Positions 48,964-60,359 of a stretch of DNA of 64,000 bases are shown piece after piece. Both the position numbers and the translations under genes were made by a program. The notes under the pieces were generated by a model. It ran no database searches, was not told the DNA's origin, and saw only the letters and a list, made by a program, of their open reading frames with translations. This DNA comes from Macrostomum lignano (taxonomy: Eukaryota), in NCBI GenBank assembly GCA_002269645.1, contig NIVC01000037.1:806001-870000 (forward strand), given 5' to 3'. The stretch's first letter is position 1; each line of letters opens with the position of its first letter.

Positions 48964-51228
48964 TCATCCAACCGTGAGCCGCTCGTCCTGGATGTCAGCC
49001 TCCGTCATCTCTTGAGCGCAATTAAGCTCCCTAATCCGCATTCGATGCCTTTTTAGCTTCATCCGGCGATTTTGAAACCAGATTTTCACCTGCCGCTCTG
49101 TCATGCCCAGCCAGGTGGACAGCTCTGCCCGCCTGTCCCTGCTCAGGTACCGGCTCAGCTGGAATTCCTTTTCCAGTTCGAGCGTCTGCTGCTGACTGTA
49201 CGTGCGGCGACCGCCGGAACGACTCGCTGAATTCGGGCCTGCAGTAGCGGCGAGGAGGTGGCGGCTTCAGCTGCTGGCTCATTGGGGATCGCGGGGAGAG
49301 AAAAAGGGAGGTGGAGAAGGTTATCGGGATAGTGGGGAGGGTAGAGGGAGAGAGGAGAGAGGGAGAGGGAGTGGAGAGGTGAGAGAGGAGAGATAAGAGG
49401 TGCAGAAGGTTATCGGGATAGTGGAGAAAGAGAGTGGAGAGGGAGAGAGGGAGGTGAGAGGGGGAGGGATGGAAGTGGGGAGAGGGGAAAGATATGAAGA
49501 GTAAAGAGAAGTGAAGTAGAGCGAGAGAGGAGAGAGGGGAGAGATGAGAGGTTGAGAAGGTTATCGGGATAGTGGAGAAAGAGAGTGGAGCGGGAGAGGG
49601 GGGTGAGGGGAGAGGGGAGAAGGGAGAGAAGGGGAGAAGGGATGGAAGATAAAAGGGGGAATAAAAAGAAGGCACAGAGAAGGAAGAAGATAGGAAAGTA
49701 GAGAGGAGAGCATGAGTGCTGATCACGCGAACCCCTCGTGCACTAGAGAGAGACGCAGCAATGCCACTCAAATTCGTAAATATTTTGCAAGCCCTGAAAA
49801 AGACAGAGTGACATAAATTGTTTAAAAAGTCCAACAGACTAATAGCCTACAATCATTACAATCCGCCTCCATGAAGCACAGTTGTCTTTTTCCTACGTAT
49901 AAATCATCGCAGAAGCCTGCAATCTGCTCGTTTGCCAGTCAGTGGGTTGCAATTTTCCAAATTGCAGTACTTCAAGGCCTCAGACCCTCAGGCTGGGCTG
50001 ATTAAAACCGGACTCAGTTCTAGGGCTTTAATTTCAATGCGACTGACTTACACGTTAGTTTAACAAAACTTGTTTTTCAAGTTGCGTAAAAATATTGACA
50101 AAAATATGTTTTTTCTATCCGAATCTTGGTATGATAATTAATCCTCTGTGACTTTTTGCCAACTGCCCAGCTGACAAGGGAAAATTATTGACTGACAATA
50201 CACCCAACCCCTCACCGGCAATACACCCAACCCCTCACCGACAATAACACCAAACCCCTCACCGGCAATACACCCAACCCCTCACCGGCAATACACCCAA
50301 CCCCTCACCGACAATAACACCAAACCCCTCACCGGCAATACACCCAACCCCTCACCGGCAATACACCCAACCCCTCACCGACAATAACACCAAACCCCTC
50401 ACCGGCAATACACCCAACCCCTCACCGGCAATACACCCAACCCCTCACCGGCAATAACACCCAACCCCTCACCGGCAATACACCCAACCCCTCACCGGCA
50501 ATACACCCAACCCCTCACCGGCAATAACACCCAACCCCTCACCGGCATTACACCCAACCCCTCACTGACAATAACACCCAAACCACTCACCGGCAATACA
50601 CCCAACCCCTCACCGACAATAATACCCAAACCCCTCACCGACAATAACACCCAAACCCCTCACCGACAATGACACCCCAACCCCTCACCGACAATAACAC
50701 CCAAACCCCTCACCGACAATAACACCCAAACCCCTCACCGACAATAACACCCCAACCCCTCACCGACAATAACACCCCATCCCCTCACCGACAATAACAC
50801 CCAAACCCCCTCACCGACAATAACACCCCAACCCCTCACCGACAATAACACCCCAACCCCTCACCGACAATAACACCCAAACCCCTCACCGACAATAACA
50901 CCCAAACCCCTCACCGACAATAACACCCCAACCCCTCACCGACAACCGCCATCCAAGGCCAGCAGTTGTCATCGTTGGGTTCAACGAGCTTCTGCTGCCG
51001 TTTGTCTGCAGCCGCACAGCTGTTGCCATTTTCCGCCAAGCTTTCGAAATCTTCGCGCTGCTCATTCGCCAAAGTACTGGCAGATGCAGCAGCACCCACA
51101 ACACCACGCTGTGCGCCAGGCCAGGAGCAGCTCTGCTCGATATTTTGTCGACAAAATGTGACAACACTGCTAAAGCCGCACTCCAGACAGTTCGTGAAGA
51201 CGCGACCACCTTCGCTTAGTTGTTGCAT
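48964..51228 (-). CDS. central-class Hox homeobox gene (Lox2/Lox4/Ubx/abd-A-like, Hox6-8 group), 2 exons
   Basis: Exon 1 51228-50940 ends …[12 protein letters not shown]|gtgagg. Exon 2 49238-48964 starts ctgcag|GC CCG AAT. The phase-1 join gives [83 protein letters not shown]…TVG*. It has a hexapeptide, a complete homeodomain, the MKLK signature and an IRELN peptide resembling the Ubd-A motif. The start ATG at 51228 is assumed. Confidence 0.92.
50200..50945. repeat. 23-26-bp minisatellite at the 5' end of the Hox intron; each unit contains the splice-donor sequence
   Basis: The minus-strand unit tgtcg-gtgaggggttggggtgttat overlaps the exon 1/intron junction at 50940/50939. Confidence 0.95.
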
Positions 51229-51739
51229 TTCTCTGCTTTTTTTGAGGCTCTTCTCTTCTCTTTCTCGCCTATTTTAAATAGGGAAGGTGCAGCGGCAAAT
51301 TTTGGCATTTTCTGTTTTACAGAAGAAACGAAAAGTTTCAGCTTGGCTTCAAGGTTAACGACCCCAAGTCTGGCGTGTAAAACTGAGCTGTCACAGAAAA
51401 AGAGAGAGGGAATTTATTGCAGGCCCTGGTCCTTTGACCCAGGTTGGGCAATAATTCTATTCTGTTTATTGCCTCTCCCTTCGGCGTTGGTTTCTCCGTT
51501 TCTCGATTTTCTTTTAGAAGAACAGTGGCTTTGCTGCGTACTTTGTTAATTAAAATCTATCTTGAAATTTTGCAGAAAAGGTTTTATGTTTTATTTTGTG
51601 ACAGAACATAATGCTCTGGCATAGAAGTTGGTTTACTAATAGTTAGACGTGGTGCAAATAAATATATAGGAGATTTAAGGTGCTAATATATGGTATAATT
51701 GTTCTTTAAAATTTACGCTTTGAGTAAATAGGAAAAAAG

Positions 51740-53420
51740 TTTGATTTAGAGGGGGTTGCATTGTTGGGGGTTGATTAAGAATGAATTGCATTGTGGGGGG
51801 TTGATTAAGAATGAATTGCATTGTGGGGGGTTGATTTAGAATGGATTGCATTGTGGGGGGTTGATTTAGAATGGATTGCATTGTGGGGGGTTGATTTAGA
51901 ATGGATTGCATTGTGGGGGGTTGATTTAGAATGGATTGCATTGTGGGGGGTTGATTTAGAGGGGGTTGCATTGTGGGGGTTGATTTAGAATGGATTGCAT
52001 TGTGGGGGGTTGATTTAGAATGGATTGCATTGTGGGGGTTGATTTAGAGGGGGTTGCATTGTGGGGGGTTGATTTAGAATGGATTGCATTGTTGGGGGTT
52101 GATTAAGAATGAATTGCATTGTGGGGGTTGATTAAGAATGAATTGCATTGTGGGGGTTGATTTAGAATGGATTGCATTGTGGGGGGTTGATTTAGAATGG
52201 ATTGCATTGTGGGGGTTGATTTAGAATGGATTGCATTGTGGGGGTTGATTTAGAGGGGGTTGCATTGTGGGGGGTTGATTTAGAATGGATTGCATTGTGG
52301 GGGTTGATTTAGAATGGATTGCATTGTGGGGGGTTGATTTAGAGGGGGTTGCATTGTTGGGGGTTGATTAAGAATGGATTGCATTGTGGGGGGTTGATTA
52401 AGAATGGATTGCATTGTGGGGGGTTGATTTAGAATGGATTGCATTGTGGGGGTTGATTTAGAGGGGGTTGCATTGTTGGGGGTTGATTAAGAATGGATTG
52501 CATTGTGGGGGGGTTGATTTAGAATGGATTGCATTGTGGGGGGTTGATTTAGAGGGGGTTGCATTGTTGGGGGTTGATTAAGAATGGATTGCATTGTGGG
52601 GGGTTGATTTAGAGGGGGTTGCATTGTTGGGGGTTGATTAAGAATGGATTGCATTGTGGGGGGTTGATTTAGAGGGGGTTGCATTGTGGGGAGTTGATAT
52701 GGAGGGGTTGCATTGTGGGGAGTTGATTTAGAGGGGGTTGCATTGTTGGGGGTTGATTAAGAATGGATTGCATTGTGGGGGGTTGATTTAGAGGGGGTTG
52801 CATTGTGGGGAGTTGATTTGGAGGGGTTGCATTGTGGGGAGTTGATTTGGAGGGGATTGCATTGTGGGGAGTTGATATGGAGGGGTTGCATTGTGGGGAG
52901 TTGATTTAGAGGGGGTTGCATTGTGGGGGGTTGATTTGGAGGGGATTGCATTGTGGGGAGTTGATATGGAGGGGTTGCATTGTGGGGAGTTGATTTAGAG
53001 GGGGTTGCATTGTTGGGGGTTGATTAAGAATGGATTGCATTGTGGGGGTTTGATTTAGAGGGGGTTGCATTGGGTTGGTGTTGATTTGGAGGAGTTACAT
53101 TGGGGGTTGATTTGGAGGGGATTGCATTGTGGGGGGTTGATTTGGAGGGGATTGCATTGTGGGGGGTTGATTTGGAGGGGTTGAATGGTGGGGGGTTGAT
53201 TTGGAGGGGTTGCATTGGGGGCTGATTTGGAGGGGTTGCATTGTGGGGAGTTGATATGGAGGGGTTGCATTGTGGGGTTGATTTGGAGGGGTTGCATTGT
53301 GGGGAGTTGATTTGAAAGAGTTGCATTGTGGGGAGTTGATTTGGAAGGGTTGCATTGTGGGGGGTTGATTTGGAGGAGTTGCATTGTGGGGGTTGATTTG
53401 GAGGTGTTGCATTGGAGGTT
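51740..53420. repeat. G-rich 23-30-bp minisatellite (ttgcattgtggggggttgatttagaatgga and variants)
   Basis: About 1.7 kb of tandem copies between Hox exon 1 and the cGLR stop. Confidence 0.95.
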
Positions 53421-53575
53421 GAACTATGGTTGAATTAGAGGCGTTGAATTGGGGATTCTGAAAAATTAATGAAATAATTGGTGATATAAGCTAAAGCTTT
53501 TGCTCAGTCCAGTCTGATAATGAAAATAATAAATTTAAAACAAGCAAGAACAAGCGAGTCGCGGTTTCCAAAGCT

Positions 53576-55484
53576 TCACAGCTCGCACTCCCGCTCCATC
53601 TGGCTCAGCATCTCGATGCAGCGGCGCAGCGCGGCCGGATCCCGGCTCCAGCTGCCAGTCAGGTGCAGCTCCTCGGGCTCCGGGTCCTCGGCCAGCCTGA
53701 GTAGCCATTCGGCCTCGCCGACAGGGCGTCGAGCTCCGGGCGGCAGCAGCTGCAGGCAGAGCGCCCGCCACAGGCAGGTGAAGTTGCACATGTACAGCTG
53801 GTGCCTCTCGGACAGGCAGGTGGGGAAATGCCGTCTGGCCAGGTGCGGCAGGTAGTCAAAGCTCGGCCGCCGTCGGAACCGGAAGCAGAATCGGCCAGCA
53901 ACGGCGGCCGGAAACTGTGCGGCGGCTTCGGACAGGCGGCGTGGATCGACCCCGGCGCCGGCTGCCACAGCGTCGGCCGCGGCTGCATCCAGACCGCGCC
54001 GAAGGTCGATCGGGCGCCAGTCTTCTGCTGGCGACGCGGAGAGCGCGCGCCTGGCGGCGCCCTCGTCACCAAAGCGCAGATGAGTCATGGCAGTCAGGCA
54101 GACGGCGGCAAGTCCGCAGTTCGTCTCCAGCTGCTCCAGCTGACGCAGCAGCCCCGCTCGGTCGGAGGCGGCCCCGATGGCGCCGCCGCTGTCGTCAAGC
54201 GACTCCAGGCAGCGGTGCACGAAGCTGTACCAGCTGGGCGGAAAATTTGGTCGAAGCCGCAATAGCGGCGGCTCTGGCGAGGCCGGCAGCAGGGCGAACG
54301 GCTGGAACAGCAGCGGGGGACTGTCGGGGCTCGGCAGCGGGCGCACCGTGTCGGAGGCGAGGCGCCATAGTCGGCCAGGTTTGGCGAGCAGCTCGGCGAG
54401 GGCTTCCACGGCGCGCGACTTTGCCAGCAGCGAGTCCGCCTCCGGCCCGTCGAACCGCAGCCACCACCAGTCGTCAGCATTGGATGCTTCGGGCTCCTCT
54501 GCTGCGGCCGAAACCGCCCCAGCTGTAGCCTCCGCGGCGCCGACTGGGGCGAAGAACTGCGGCAGGCTGAGGCCGGGCCGGGCATCGCTTGCCAGCAGGC
54601 GGTCCAGCAGCCGCAGAGCCTCCTTGACCCGCTGAACCAACCGCTCCTCCTCTGGCCAGTCCGAGCAGACGCGGCTCGATTCGACGCCTGCGGCCAGCGC
54701 GTGAAACAGCAGCTGCTTGGCGTGCCGCGAGCCCAGGCCCGGAATCAGGCGGCCGCAGGCCAGCTTCAGCAGCAGGAACAGGCGGCCCTGCGCGGTCGTC
54801 AGTTGGCGCATCGCCGCCCGCTCCGCCAGGCAGCAGTCCGGCCGGAGGCGGCCATCAGCCCAGCGGACCAGCAGCAGCAGCGGCGGCGGCGGCGGCTTCG
54901 ACGTCCTCCGATCCGCCGGTTTTTTGCTGGGCCGCCTCTGTGGCGGCGCCCGCTTCGCCGGCTCGTTGCCATTGGAAACGGCGAAGCCAGCGCTGCTGTT
55001 GCTGCCGTCGCCGCATGGGCAGCAGCAGTGGAAGGCTGTCCACTCGCGCTGAGCTGGCCGAGACAAAGTGGCCGGCGGTCCCGACTGCGGCGACGGTGTT
55101 GGCGACTGGCTGGCCGGCGAGCTCCGGCTGCCTCGGCGCCGCCCGGCGCAGCTGCACAGACCTTCGGGATGGAGCAGCGACTGCCGAGCGCTGCCGCCTC
55201 GGCGCTCTCCGCCGCCGTTTCCCGTGCCATCGGTGTCCGGCAGCAGCAGCCAGTTGATGTCGGTGCGCGGCCCGGGCCGGCCGCTGACCTGCACAATGTT
55301 GGCGCCCCAGCCGTCGGCGAGGCTGCCAACCAGCAGGCGCTCGTCCTGCGTGACGTCCCTGCCGAGCTCCTCCAGGCAGTCGGCGAGGCCACAGAGCCGC
55401 CCGATCCGCTCCGAGTTGAATCCGGCCAGCGACAGCAGGCGGTTGAGCCGGCGACTGAGCTGGCGTTCCGCCTGCTCCACCGAG
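53576..55484 (-). CDS. Mab-21 / cGAS-like receptor (cGLR) nucleotidyltransferase-fold protein, large final exon
   Basis: 634-codon open frame with LVGSLADGWG…RTDINW (hGS…DhD-like motif), CLAERAAMRQLTTAQGRLFLLLK, LGSRHAKQLLFHAL, DWPEEERLVQRVKEALRLL and LPQFFAP. These follow the Mab-21 C-lobe pattern (AE…Q…LLK; SYHLKT.LF; W….L…L..L; LPHYF.P). The track start is a GTG just after an acceptor (ccctgtag|C at 55484), so an upstream exon is needed; a candidate ATG exon at about 55814-55730 has phase-compatible donors. Confidence 0.72.
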
Positions 55485-56049
55485 CTACAGGGGGGGGGGG
55501 TGCAATGCGCGAGTTAAGTCAGTTTTTCTGAGGTTAGTCAGTTCCTCTGACAAACAGTTCCACAAAGTTCGAGGCTCTGTGCTTGTCTGTATACGCAGGT
55601 TTTTACATCAACATCTAAAATTGTTGCGCATTCACTCTTTGGCTAACTTTTAGCGGAATCGAGTCGGAGACTTTCCCAGGCGAAACTGCCCCTAAAAGCA
55701 AAAAAACTCTAGCGTGGGGAATTAATACCGAACTCTTCCCGGAGCCTGCTGCAGACAGCCGATGCTCTTCAACTGACACCTAGAAGAACTTCTAAGGGAA
55801 CGCAGTCCGGTCATCGAATGTCCGGTTTGCAGCTTCAAATTTTTTAATGATTTTTCTCTCGTTCCCTTAAGCCTCCCGTTCGAATCACATCCCTGCTAGC
55901 ACCATTTTTTTATTATTCGAAGTAGAATTAAACGGATTTGCTAAAAGGGGATAATGCTAAGGTGTGAGTTTTTAGTTGAGTTTGCCTCCCACAGTCGGTC
56001 CGCGTGCTGATTCCGCTAACGCCTGATAATAAATAATAATAACTGATTA

Positions 56050-56335
56050 ACCTGCCCCAATGGCCAGATGTGGAACCGACAGCTCAGCCGCAGCTATTGC
56101 ACGTCTCATCTGAAGGCTGCGTACGGCTGTTCAGTCCAAGGACTGGGGGGCCGCCACACACACCCTCAATTACCCCAGCTAATGCTGGCACCCATTTTAC
56201 AGCTGGGTGAGCTGAAGCAATGCAGATTTGAGTGTCTTGCTCAAGGACACAAAGTGTTACGAGTGGATTGAGAATCGAACCCCCGACCTTTCAGTCGTGA
56301 GTCCGACGCTCCAACCACTCTGCTGCTACAACCCC
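56050..56335 (-). mobile_element. tRNA-derived SINE with CORE/V-type central domain, copy 2
   Basis: Aligns by eye along its full length with 11213-11500 (cagctcagccgcagctattgc, cctcaattaccccagctaatgctggcacccattttacagctgggtga, gtgtcttgctcaaggacacaa). Confidence 0.8.
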
Positions 56336-56409
56336 AGAACATACTCGAGAACCAGACGCGTCACCACTGGAGCTGCTCTGCCCACCACCGCCCCGCTGCT
56401 GGGCAATTC

Positions 56410-56411
56410 AA

Positions 56412-56467
<56 letters not shown>

Positions 56468-56600
56468 CACTACTACCACTACTACTACTACTACTACTAC
56501 CACTACTACTACTACCACTACTACCACTACTACCACTACTACTACTATTACTACTACTACTACTAAACTAATGCTATGCTACTGCTACTGCTACTACTAT
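56410..56600. repeat. (TAC)n microsatellite
   Basis: Gives the poly-Y ORF 56228-56566. Confidence 0.97.
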
Positions 56601-56614
56601 CCATTATATCCAGC

Positions 56615-57659
56615 TCACACAGCCAGCCGGCCGCACAGCCACAGCGAGTTCTCGCACGGCACCAGGAGGCAGCGCAGTCGGAGTGCCTGACCGCTGCCAG
56701 TCGACAGGCGAAGCAGCGACCGGATTAGCGGATCTGGCGAGGCCGCTGCCGCTTTGGGGGCTACCGGAAGTTGGCGGCTCGGCTGCTGGCAGTCGAACTG
56801 AACAACGCTGACTCTGGGAGCCGCTAAGGTCGCCGCCTCGCTCCGGCGGACAATCCGAATTCCGCTGATGTCGTGTCCGGACAGGCGGCCAAAGCCAACT
56901 ACCTCTCCTGTTCCGGTTTCGCTTCCGGTTCCCCTTCTGCTGTCACTCTTGTGTTCGGTTTTACTTTCTCGTCTGTTTACTTTCCTATGGTCGCTTCCGG
57001 CTGCGCTGACTCGTTTACTGCTTCGCCTTCTGCTTTCGCTCCGTTTTCTTTTGCTGTCGCTTTCGGTTTGCTTTCCGGTTCTGGTTCCGTCCGCTACTTC
57101 CGGAGGCCAGGCCAATTCGCTCTCGCTGACCAGAGCCACGAGAGCACCGCTGCCTCGGCACTGCTCGATGCCGCGCTGCAGATCCCGCTCGCTGCCGGCC
57201 GGATCGGCTGGTCGGTAGTGCACGCAGGACGCCGGCTGCCACGGCCCGCCGCCGCCGCCACCCGCGCGGCTGATTCTCAGGCTGAGCTGATCGAACTGGT
57301 CCGTAGAGCCGCACACGACCAGCTCACTTCCGGTTAGCTCGGCTCCGAGCTCAGCATCCGCATAGTCCGATTCCTCATCCTGAGCGGCAGTGTCCACCTC
57401 GTCGGCCGCATTGGTCCTGGCGTAGAAGGTCAGGCAGGCGAAGGTGGCCACCAGGTGCAGGGTTGCCAGACGATAGCGCCGCTGTCTTCGATGCTGCAGC
57501 GGCTGCAGCTCTGGAGTCCTGGAGTTTTAAAGATTGATATTGAAATTTTAAAGCTTGGGAAAATTTTAATAGTCTCAACAACAGCAACAACAACAACAAC
57601 AACAATAACAACAACAACAACAACAACAACAACAATAACAACAGCAACAGCAACAACAA

Positions 57660-57696
<37 letters not shown>

Positions 57697-58870
57697 AACA
57701 ACAACAACAACAACAGTATACGCGTTCAGCGTCACAGGGCGCGCTTCAAAGCCAGGTCGCGAATGAACGCCACGCTGCCGGCCGAATCCCGGGCGCCGGC
57801 GTCAGCCAGCAGGCAGTCGACGAAATGCCGAGTGCGCGCCTGCCCCCGCCGGTAGGGTGCCTGCAGCGTCAGCAGCAGCACCGCCTGGAACAACGCCGCC
57901 CTCTGGCGGTCAGGTAAGGCCTCGAACTGCAGGACTGCTCTCATAGAACGAAAGGCAGCTCAGGCAAGCCCGCAAATCCTCGCGGACCTGCTGCGCCGTC
58001 GGCGACTCCAGCTGGCAGTCCGCTGGCGCCCCTGACTGGGTGGCTTGCGGCGGGGTGGCTTTTGTTCGCCCTGTAATGCCGCCTTCTAAAGACCCTGGCA
58101 GCGCATTTTGTTGCTGTTAATGTTGCTGCTAGTTGACTATGATTCTGAATCTGACAATGTCAAAAGGTCAAACCTCGCTGACTGAGATGATGGTAGCGGC
58201 TCCTCCAGCTGCTCCCAGTCCCGCTGCAGCAGCTCGGCCGGGCAGAGCAGGCGGAGCCGCCCCTTCCGGTGCCGCCCGTGCAGGCAGGCGGCGGCCATGC
58301 GGCACAGGTCGAACAGCAGCAGGTGGCCCGGCCGGCTGCCGCTTGTCGCCGCCTCGCACAGCCTCTTGTCCGGGAATCGAACCCGGACCCGATGGTGCGG
58401 CGAGCGCCACCAGAAGCCGCCATTTTCCTCGTTGCTAGCGGCATCTTCGACGGCGTTGAAGAATTCGTATCGACAGTCGGTCGCAACGTCGGCATCGTCG
58501 GGTTGGTCGGCGGCGAAGGTCAACTTGACCGGGGCGCCGCGCTCCCTGCCGCTGATCCAGTCGTAGTCCGCTGTCGCCACCGACCAGCTCGACGGCGGCG
58601 CTTCTGCACCTTCTTTGGAAGCTCCGTCGGCGTCTTCAGCGATGAATCCGCTGCGCCTCAGCTGCTCCGTCACGGTGCCGTCATGCTGCGCCAGGCAGGC
58701 CGACCACAAGTCCAGAGACGGGCCGCCTGCCGCGTCTTCTTTAGCGGCTTCAACTGGCATTTCTCTCTGAGCACCAACTCTGCTTCGGGTCAACGGCTGG
58801 CCTTTTTTCTCTGTCAGGGCGGCGGCCTGAGTCGGCGGGCGTTGCTCAGAGTCTCGCGGCCAGAAAATTT
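56615..58870 (-). CDS. spliced gene of unknown function
   Basis: GC-rich open frames 58137-58870, about 57735-58070 and 56615-57517. A phase-2 junction KRA-CT|gtgacg…actccag|G-TPELQPLQ joins the last two across an (AAC)n intron. The join near 57945-58170 is unresolved (short intron or frameshift). No family recognised. Confidence 0.55.
57580..57715. repeat. (AAC)n microsatellite inside an intron
   Basis: Gives the poly-L, poly-V and poly-T ORFs. Confidence 0.97.
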
Positions 58871-59139
58871 CTCACGCGTTCGGCCGGCTTCGCTGGGGAG
58901 ATTCGCACGCCTGGAAAAAAAGAAGTTTTTTTAATTTCTTCTTTGCCACTTTGCCATAGCGGGGCTGAATGAGCCGAGGTGGGACAGCATCAATGGAGAA
59001 GTTTGTGATAGTGAATATAACTACTAACAGTAGGATAGTAGGCACACGAGCGGTAGCGGGTCAATCTCTCTTAAGCTTTGTTTGCAGCCAAATTAATTTT
59101 TAAAACAAAAATTGGCCTGCGGCTTGTCGTGCGAGAGCC

Positions 59140-59570
59140 CCCACTCTCCCACTGCCCCCACTCTCCCACTGCCCCACTCTCCCACTGCCCCCACTCTCCC
59201 ACTGCCCCACTCTCCCACTGCCCCCACTCTCCCACTGCCCCCACTCTCCCACTGCCCCACTCTCCCACTGCCCCACTCTCCCACTGCCCCACTCTCCACT
59301 GCCCCACTCTCCCACTGCCCCCACTCTCCCACTGCCCCACTCTCCCACTGCCCCCACTCTCCCACTGCCCCCACTCTCCCACTGCCCCCACTCTCCACTG
59401 CCCCCACTCTCCCACTGCCCCCACTCTCCCACTGCCCCACTCTCCCACTGCCCCCACTCTCCCACTGCCCCACTCTCCCACTGCCCCCACTCTCCACTGC
59501 CCCACTCTCCCACTGCCCCACTCTCCCACTGCCCCCACTCTCCCACTGCCCCCACTCTCCCACTGCCCCA
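59140..59570. repeat. 16-19-bp tandem (actctcccactgcccc)
   Basis: Visible periodicity. Confidence 0.95.
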
Positions 59571-60082
59571 CTAATCCTAATTCTTAATTTTAAATGTACA
59601 AGTATCTCAAATTATTTTTTCATGGACCACCATAGGCAGTTCCAGCACTTTTGGAACATTTAAAAGGCGGTAGAGTGCACACCAGAGAGAAAGAAGAGAA
59701 GGGGAAGATGAAGCTCGGATTTTGCCCCCCCCCCCTCAGCTCAAGTATCGATCGAAAGCCCACAGTTCAGAGGCGATCGATCGGCTTTTATGGCAGCGGG
59801 TCTTTCTCTCTTTTTCCTCTCTTTTCTTCACTCATTTCTCTCTTCTCTCCAGCTTCCCTAATCAGCTGCGGGTTGGGGGGGGCTTCATCGTAGCTGGTAA
59901 AGAAAGTATCAGTTCCTCCCGCAGACCGATTGGGGAATATTTTGCAGCGAACCCCCAATACTGTTCTTCCCTCCCTTCAATAGTAGGGGTCAGTTGCTCA
60001 TTCTGAAACTCAGCACTATTTAATTTATGGACTTAAACAAGACGACTGCGTGCCGCGTGGAAGAAGCTGGGGCACGCCTCAG

Positions 60083-60191
<109 letters not shown>

Positions 60192-60359
60192 AAGCTCAAG
60201 CTCAAGCTCGAATATATATTTTTATTTTAGCCCTGCCAGCTCTGTAACTGTCTGCACTGATCAACTGGGCGGCTCCGATTTGAACCTGGGATCCAGTATA
60301 AGTGCTGCTTCATCTGGAGTTGCAGTGAAGCCCTGCTCTCAGTCCTGATATCTCTTGTC

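Noticed and set aside
49031-49834. ORF-track entry labelled + strand, 267 aa
   Set aside because: The listed peptide is actually the minus-strand translation (TTG at 49834). It is the wrong frame over the Hox homeobox plus a purine-rich intron, so it is not a gene.
53659-55531. Numerous ORFs overlapping the cGLR gene
   Set aside because: GC-rich shadow frames with no recognisable motifs.
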